DNA of 64,000 nt. Source: Planctomycetota bacterium. Lineage in GTDB: Bacteria; Planctomycetota; UBA1135; UBA2386. This document shows positions 58,279 through 64,000 of the stretch, piece by piece. The notes beneath the pieces were generated by a model that saw only the letters and a list, made by a program, of their open reading frames with translations, searched no databases and was not told the DNA's origin. The stretch lies in NCBI GenBank assembly GCA_965228735.1, contig OZ245838.1, positions 3,520,001-3,584,000 of the forward strand, in the 5' to 3' direction. A program made the position numbers and the translations under genes. Each line of letters begins with the position of its first letter. The stretch's first letter is position 1.

Positions 58279-58334
58279 CGCTCACTGCCTGACCCTCCCC
58301 CCTGCCCCACCCGCGCCCTGCCTCCGGTGCCCTG

Positions 58335-60980
58335 ATGGTCCAAGTCGAAATCAAAGCCGTCGTCTCCCGCCTCAATCCGACCTGCACGCGCGCGCTCGAG
58401 CGCGCCGCGGGCATGAGCGTCTCGCGCCAGCACCACGAGGTGACGGTCGAGCACATGCTCTACTCGCTGATCGAGGACCCGTACAGCGACCTGCAGAGCA
58501 TCCTGCAGCACTTCGGGATCGACTCGGGCCGGCTGCAGAAGGCGCTCACGGGCGCACTCGACCAGTTGCGCGCCGGCAACACGGGCCGGCCGGTGTTCTC
58601 GCCGACGCTCATCGACTGGTTCAAGGAAGGCTGGATCCTCGGCTCCCTGACGCACGGCGATCTCAAGGTGCGTTCGGGTCACCTGCTGCACGCCATGGTC
58701 GAGGGCGGCATGCGAATCTGCGGGGGGGATTACGCGAGCCTGCTCGAGGCAGTGAAGAGGAACGAGCTCGGGGAGAAGCTCGACGAGATCGCGTCGAGCA
58801 GCAACGAGCACGACGAGATGCGGGCCGCGTCCGCGGCCGGCGGCGGTGGCGCACCGGCCGGCGACGGCACCCCGACCGGGGACACGGCGCTCGAGAAGTT
58901 CTGCACCGACCTCACCGCGCGCGCGAAGAACGACGAGATCGATCCCATCTTCGGCCGCGACCGCGAGATTCGGCAGGTCGTCGACATCCTCGCGCGGCGT
59001 CGCAAGAACAACCCGATCATCGTCGGCGACGCCGGCGTCGGGAAGACGGCGCTCGTCGAAGGCCTCGCGCGCAAGATCGCAGCCGGCGAGGTCAACGAGC
59101 AGCTCAAGGATGTGAGCCTGCTGACGCTCGACCTCGGTCTGCTGCAGGCCGGCGCGAGCGTGAAGGGCGAGTTCGAGAACCGCCTCAAGCAGGTGATCGA
59201 CGAGGTCAAGGCCTCGCCCAAGCCGATCATCATGTTCATCGACGAGGCGCACACGCTGATCGGCGCGGGCGGCGCGGCCGGCTCGGGCGATGCGGCCAAC
59301 CTGCTCAAGCCGGCCCTCGCCCGCGGCGAGCTGCGCACCGTCGCGGCGACGACGTGGTCCGAGTACAAGAAGTACTTCGAGAAGGACCCGGCGCTCGCCC
59401 GGCGCTTCCAGCTCGTGAAGGTCGACGAGCCCGACACCGAGACCGCGACCGGCATGCTGCGCGGCCTGCGGGAGCGCTACGAGACGGCGCACGGCATCGC
59501 GATGCGCGACGACGCCGTCGTGGCCGCCGCCGAGATGGGCAGCCGCTACATCGCCGGCCGGCAGCACCCGGACAAGGGCGTCGATCTCATGGACACGGCG
59601 ACGGCGCGCGTTCGCATCTCGCAGGCCGCCCGGCCGGCCGAGCTCGAGGACCTCGGCAGTCGCATCGAGACGCTCGATCGCGAGCGCGAAGCCCTCGACC
59701 GCGACCGCGGCAACGGCATCGGCGGGCTCGACGATCGCATCGCCGAGCTCGAAGGCGAGCTGACCACGCTGCGCACGCAACACGGTGAACTCGAGCAGCG
59801 CTGGGAGAAGGAACGCGCCGCGGCCGAACAGGTGCTCGAACTCCGCAAGGCGCTCGACGATGCCAAGAGCAGCGGTGACGAGGCGGCGGTCGAAGCCAAG
59901 AAGGCCGAGGTCGCTGCCGCGATCACGGCGCTGCAGGAGCTGCAGGGCGCAGAACCGCTCGTGCACGTCGAGGTGACGCCCGACGTCGTCGGTCAGGTCA
60001 TCTCCGACTGGACCGGCATTCCGGTCGGCAACATGATCAAGGACGAGGCGAAGACGTTGCTCACGCTCGAGGACGAGCTGACCAAGCGGGTGAAGGGCCA
60101 GGACCACGTCATGGGTTCGGTCGCCGAGGGCATTCGCGCGGCCAAGGCCGGGCTCAAGACGCCCGAGGTGCCGATGGGTGTCTTCCTGTTCGTCGGGCCG
60201 AGCGGCGTCGGCAAGACCGAGACCGCGCTCGCGGTCGCCGACCTGCTGTTCGGCGGCGAACGCTTCATGACGACGATCAACATGTCGGAGTTCAAGGAGA
60301 AGCACAACATCTCCCGACTCATCGGCAGCCCGCCCGGCTACGTCGGCTACGGCGAAGGCGGCGTGTTGACCGAGGCCGTGCGGCAGCGGCCGTACTCCGT
60401 CGTGCTGCTCGACGAGTGCGAGAAGGCCTCGCTCGAGGTCCTCGAGCTGTTCTACCAGGTGTTCGACAAGGGCAAGTTGTCGGACGGCGAGGGCCGCGAA
60501 ATCGACTTCAAGGACACCGTCATCTTCCTGACGAGCAACCTCGCGACCGACGTGATCACCGAGGCCGGCATGCTCGACGAGCCGCCGTCGCCCGAGGACC
60601 TCGCGACGCTCATCCGGCCGATCCTCTCCAACCACTTCAAGCCGGCGCTGCTCGCCCGCATGACCATCGTGCCGTTCTTCCCGCTCAAGCCGGACGTGCT
60701 CGAGATGATCACGCGGCTCAAGCTCAACAAGATCAAGAAGCAACTGGCGGCAACGCACGAGATGGCGACGACGATCGACGACTCGGTCGTCAAGGCGATC
60801 GCGTCGCGGTGCTCCGAGGTCGAGGCCGGCGCGCGCAACATCGATCACATCGTCCGCGGCAGCCTGCTGCCGCAGATGTCACGCCAGCTCCTCGAGCGCA
60901 TGAGCACGAGCGAGATGCCGAAGACCCTCAAGGTCGTGATGGCGGACGACGGCGACTTCGCCCTGGAGTTCGGCAACTGA
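58335..60980 (+). CDS. clpV: T6SS AAA+ ATPase ClpV (TssH)
   Basis: RRRKNNPI, GDAGVGKT, FIDEAH, ATTWSEYKKYFEKD.AL.RRFQ, GPSGVGKTET, GSPPGYVGYGEGG and GARNID. Confidence 0.97.
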   Translation: MVQVEIKAVVSRLNPTCTRALERAAGMSVSRQHHEVTVEHMLYSLIEDPYSDLQSILQHFGIDSGRLQKALTGALDQLRAGNTGRPVFSPTLIDWFKEGWILGSLTHGDLKVRSGHLLHAMVEGGMRICGGDYASLLEAVKRNELGEKLDEIASSSNEHDEMRAASAAGGGGAPAGDGTPTGDTALEKFCTDLTARAKNDEIDPIFGRDREIRQVVDILARRRKNNPIIVGDAGVGKTALVEGLARKIAAGEVNEQLKDVSLLTLDLGLLQAGASVKGEFENRLKQVIDEVKASPKPIIMFIDEAHTLIGAGGAAGSGDAANLLKPALARGELRTVAATTWSEYKKYFEKDPALARRFQLVKVDEPDTETATGMLRGLRERYETAHGIAMRDDAVVAAAEMGSRYIAGRQHPDKGVDLMDTATARVRISQAARPAELEDLGSRIETLDREREALDRDRGNGIGGLDDRIAELEGELTTLRTQHGELEQRWEKERAAAEQVLELRKALDDAKSSGDEAAVEAKKAEVAAAITALQELQGAEPLVHVEVTPDVVGQVISDWTGIPVGNMIKDEAKTLLTLEDELTKRVKGQDHVMGSVAEGIRAAKAGLKTPEVPMGVFLFVGPSGVGKTETALAVADLLFGGERFMTTINMSEFKEKHNISRLIGSPPGYVGYGEGGVLTEAVRQRPYSVVLLDECEKASLEVLELFYQVFDKGKLSDGEGREIDFKDTVIFLTSNLATDVITEAGMLDEPPSPEDLATLIRPILSNHFKPALLARMTIVPFFPLKPDVLEMITRLKLNKIKKQLAATHEMATTIDDSVVKAIASRCSEVEAGARNIDHIVRGSLLPQMSRQLLERMSTSEMPKTLKVVMADDGDFALEFGN

Positions 60981-60981
60981 G

Positions 60982-61701
60982 ATGACCCCAGTACTCGCGA
61001 CCCTCGCCCCGCGGCCACTCGCGGCCGTGACCGCCCTCACGGGCGGTGGCTACCGCCGACGCTTCGAGCTGTCGGCGGCGCCCGGGTCGTGTTTGCTGCA
61101 ACGCGTGCGCACCCGCATCCGTTACGTCGAAGGCCGCGCGCTCGTCGCCGAGCTCCGGCAGACCTACTGGGAGTTCTTCCGCTTCCCGGCGGATCCCGAG
61201 GCGACGGTCGTCGACACCCACGACTTCTCGGTGCGCCGGGACGGCTGGCGGCAGGCCGCGATTCGCGCGCTCGTGCGACGCCACGGCGGCTCGCCCGCTG
61301 CCGTCGTGCGAGGCGGCGCTCCCGTGCTCACCGTCACGAAGTCGTTCCTGCTCGCTCCGGGCACCGTGACCGGCGAATCCGCACAGCCCGTCGACGGTGG
61401 TACGGAGTTCGGGTTCCTGACGACCGGTGACGGCGACGAACGTTCGCGAACGTCGCTCCTGGTCATCACCGATGACCCGACCGCCCCGCACCACGTCGAC
61501 CTCGAGCCCTGCCCACCGGGCTATCCCGTCGCTGGCACGGGGCACTTCACCGCCTCGGCAGGCCATGCCGCGACCGAACGCTACCGCTACCACTTCGCCA
61601 GCCTCGCCGGCCGCTGCCGCGACCGAGCCGGGTATCGCGCAACGAGTATCGCGCGACGGGTATCGCGCAACGGGGATCGCACTCGCCGCGTTGCTCACTG
61701 A
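60982..61701 (+). CDS. Hypothetical protein within the T6SS operon
   Basis: ATG 1 bp after the clpV stop, plausible codon usage, no family I recognise. Confidence 0.55.
   Translation: MTPVLATLAPRPLAAVTALTGGGYRRRFELSAAPGSCLLQRVRTRIRYVEGRALVAELRQTYWEFFRFPADPEATVVDTHDFSVRRDGWRQAAIRALVRRHGGSPAAVVRGGAPVLTVTKSFLLAPGTVTGESAQPVDGGTEFGFLTTGDGDERSRTSLLVITDDPTAPHHVDLEPCPPGYPVAGTGHFTASAGHAATERYRYHFASLAGRCRDRAGYRATSIARRVSRNGDRTRRVAH
61629..61680 (+). repeat. 14-bp tandem repeat, about 3.7 copies
   Basis: CGGGTATCGCGCAA / CGAGTATCGCGCGA / CGGGTATCGCGCAA / CGGGGATCGC. Confidence 0.85.
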
Positions 61702-61719
61702 ATCCGCACTCCAACGATC

Positions 61720-62313
61720 ATGACCAGGTCCGACGCCACAACGGCCGCCTCAGAGGCCGCCCAACGCACCGTCTCCGCCGGCTCGAACGCGAACTCGGCC
61801 AACGACTGGCTCGGCCCCGCGACCGTGGTCGGGGGTTCTGCCAGGAGCCCGCTCGTCGAGCTGCAGGCCCCCTCCGGACGGCGGGTCGCCGTCACCCCGG
61901 CGTTCACGTTCCCGTACGAACCGACGACGGACGACGTCCTGCTCGTGCTCGGCCAGGACGACGGCTGGTTCGCCGTCGGCGTGATCCAGGGCAGCCGCCC
62001 GACGCAGTTGCACTTCCCAGGTGACGCGTCGATTCACGCGACGAACGGGCGGCTCACGCTATCGAGCGATCGAGCCGTCGAGGTGCGTTCGCCGCGCGTC
62101 ACGGTCCGCGCCGGTGTGCTCAGGACGATCGCCGAGTCGATGGTCGAGAAGACCGATCGACTGCGGCGCTGGGTGCGCGGCCTGCTCGCGGTCCGCGCCG
62201 GCACGTCGAACCGCATCGTCGACGGCGAGGACAGCACGCGTTGCGAGAACTCCACGACGCTCGCGAAGGACACCGTCAAGATCGACGGCGACCAGCTGCA
62301 CCTCGGACACTGA
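61720..62313 (+). CDS. DUF3540 family T6SS-associated protein
   Basis: Y.P...D.LLV, beta-repeat body and C-terminal LAKDTVKIDGDQLHLG signature. Confidence 0.75.
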   Translation: MTRSDATTAASEAAQRTVSAGSNANSANDWLGPATVVGGSARSPLVELQAPSGRRVAVTPAFTFPYEPTTDDVLLVLGQDDGWFAVGVIQGSRPTQLHFPGDASIHATNGRLTLSSDRAVEVRSPRVTVRAGVLRTIAESMVEKTDRLRRWVRGLLAVRAGTSNRIVDGEDSTRCENSTTLAKDTVKIDGDQLHLGH

Positions 62314-62369
62314 TCCGACCATCGCTCCGAACATCGCTCACGAAGACTGCTCCTCCGCCGCCACATCCG

Positions 62370-64000
62370 ATGAAGTTCCAAAACCAAGTGCTGTCGCTGC
62401 ACAGCGACGCGTTGCCGGCCGACACGCTGCTCATCCAGAAGCTCGAGGGTGACGAGCGCATGTCGGGGCTGTTCCGCTTCGAGCTCGACCTCATCTGCGA
62501 GGACGAGAACCTCGACCTCGAAGCCGTGCTCTACGCCCCGGCCAAGCTCGGCATCAAGATCGCAGTGGGCCTCAGTGGCGGCCAGGTCGGCATGGCGACG
62601 CGCGAGATCGCCGGCGTCTTCGCGGAGTTCGAGGAGCTGGAACAAGGCCAGGGCTGGACGAAGTACCGGGCCGTGCTCGTTCCCAAACTGTGGCATGCGA
62701 CCCGCACGTTCCGCAGCCGGATCTTCATGGAGAAGAACATCGAGGACCTCGCGACGGAAGTGCTCGAGGCCGACGAGCTGTCCCCGGCACTGGACTTCGA
62801 GTTCGAGCTCAACGGCAGCTACGACCCGCGCGAGTACGTGGTCCAGTACGAGGAGACGGACTGGGACTTCCTCGCGCGGTGGCTGGAGCACGAGGGCATC
62901 TACTTCTACTTCGTGAACGACAGCGGCGAGGAGAAGGTGAAGTTCGCCGACTCGGAGTCCTCGTTCATGCAGAACGGTTTCGGAACGACCTACCCGTACA
63001 AGCCGGAGGCCGCCGGTGAAGGTGGCGAGTCGGACAACACCGAGGAAGAGATCCGCGCGTTCAGCTGCCGGCAGTCCCGACTGCCGAAGAAGGTCAGCGT
63101 CAACGACTACAACTGGCGGGTCCCGTCGGTGCAGCTGCACCACACGGAGGACGTCCACGAGGACGGCACGGGCCACCACACGCACTACAACGATCACTTC
63201 AAGGACCAGTCGCAAGGCACGGCGATCGCCACGCTGCGCAAGGAGGAGCTCGTCTGCCGCTCCAAGGTCTTCTACGGCAACGGCAGCTGCCGCGCGTTCC
63301 GGCCCGGCACGACGTTCGAGCTCGAAGGTCACTTCCGGGACGACTTCAACCGCAGCTACGTCCTGACCGCGGTGCACCACAAGGCCGAGCAGATGATCAG
63401 TCTCGAGTCGGCGACGGTGACCGGCGTCAGTTACGAGAACTCGTTCGAGGCCGTCACGGACGATCAGCCGTGGCGGCCGGCACGCGTGACCGCCTGGCCG
63501 TCGATCCATGGCGTGATGCACGCCAAGATCGACGCCGAGGGCAACGGTCAGTACGCCGAGCTCGACGAGCACGGCCGCTACAAGATCAAGCTGCCGTTCG
63601 ACGAAGGCACGAGCCTCGGCCTGCTCGACGACGGCAAGGCGTCGCGCTGGGTGCGCATGGCGCAGCCGTACGCGGGTGAGAACGCCGGCATGCACTTCCC
63701 GCTGCTCAAGGGCACCGAGGTGATCGTCAGCCACATCGACGGCGACCCCGACCGCCCGATCATCGTCGGCGCCGTGCCGAACCCGGAGACGGAGAGCCCG
63801 GCCACGGGCGAGAACAACACGCAGAACGGCATCCGGACGGCCGGCGGCACGCGGATGGACTTCGACGACAGCGCCGACGCACCGGGGTTCCTGTTCCGCG
63901 ACGCGACGGCGAGCTATGTGGTCGACATGCGGCGTCACCGCGGCAGTGACGGGGGCGTATCGACCGGTCGCAGCCACGTGAAGAAGAAAGAGCAGAAGAG
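62370..64000 (+). CDS. vgrG: T6SS spike protein VgrG (TssI), 3'-truncated by the window
   Basis: Open frame from ATG 62370 (absent from the ORF track because no stop lies in the window): LEGDERMSGLFRFEL, REYVVQYEETDWDFLARWLEHEGIYFYF, DYNW, LDEHGRYKI and WVRMAQPYAG...GMHFPL..GTEV....DGDPDRPII.GAVPN. Confidence 0.96.
   Translation, partial: MKFQNQVLSLHSDALPADTLLIQKLEGDERMSGLFRFELDLICEDENLDLEAVLYAPAKLGIKIAVGLSGGQVGMATREIAGVFAEFEELEQGQGWTKYRAVLVPKLWHATRTFRSRIFMEKNIEDLATEVLEADELSPALDFEFELNGSYDPREYVVQYEETDWDFLARWLEHEGIYFYFVNDSGEEKVKFADSESSFMQNGFGTTYPYKPEAAGEGGESDNTEEEIRAFSCRQSRLPKKVSVNDYNWRVPSVQLHHTEDVHEDGTGHHTHYNDHFKDQSQGTAIATLRKEELVCRSKVFYGNGSCRAFRPGTTFELEGHFRDDFNRSYVLTAVHHKAEQMISLESATVTGVSYENSFEAVTDDQPWRPARVTAWPSIHGVMHAKIDAEGNGQYAELDEHGRYKIKLPFDEGTSLGLLDDGKASRWVRMAQPYAGENAGMHFPLLKGTEVIVSHIDGDPDRPIIVGAVPNPETESPATGENNTQNGIRTAGGTRMDFDDSADAPGFLFRDATASYVVDMRRHRGSDGGVSTGRSHVKKKEQK

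Overview
High-GC bacterial DNA (about 70% by eye). The gene content suggests a Planctomycetota/PVC organism (inference): a DUF1501 + PSD1/DUF1549-1553 pair, a PVC-type haem-CxxCH/HEAT protein, DUF1080 and a planctomycete-style Ser/Thr kinase-TPR protein. Positions 1-42.4 kb are mixed accessory and housekeeping genes. These include a divergent beta-decarboxylating dehydrogenase, an XRE regulator facing away from a degenerate ECF-like gene across a structured spacer, a VLRF1 (Vms1-like) release-factor homologue, a ferredoxin-NADP reductase followed by gene remnants, and gloA. They also include a 7-gene two-component cluster with no output domain, a two-gene phosphonatase-like/FAD-oxidoreductase module, a GH29 fucosidase, and an uncharacterised three-gene coiled-coil/DUF6384 operon. 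From 42.6 kb to the end is a complete, co-directional type VI secretion system: fha-tssJ-K-L-M-tagF-tssA-B-C-hcp-tssE-F-G-clpV, an unknown gene, DUF3540 and vgrG (truncated by the window edge). Its sheath proteins resemble Vibrio VipA/VipB (subtype i1-like), and tandem palindromes lie upstream of hcp. I saw no rRNA, tRNA, CRISPR array or transposase. All family calls come from motif recognition by eye, not from database searches.
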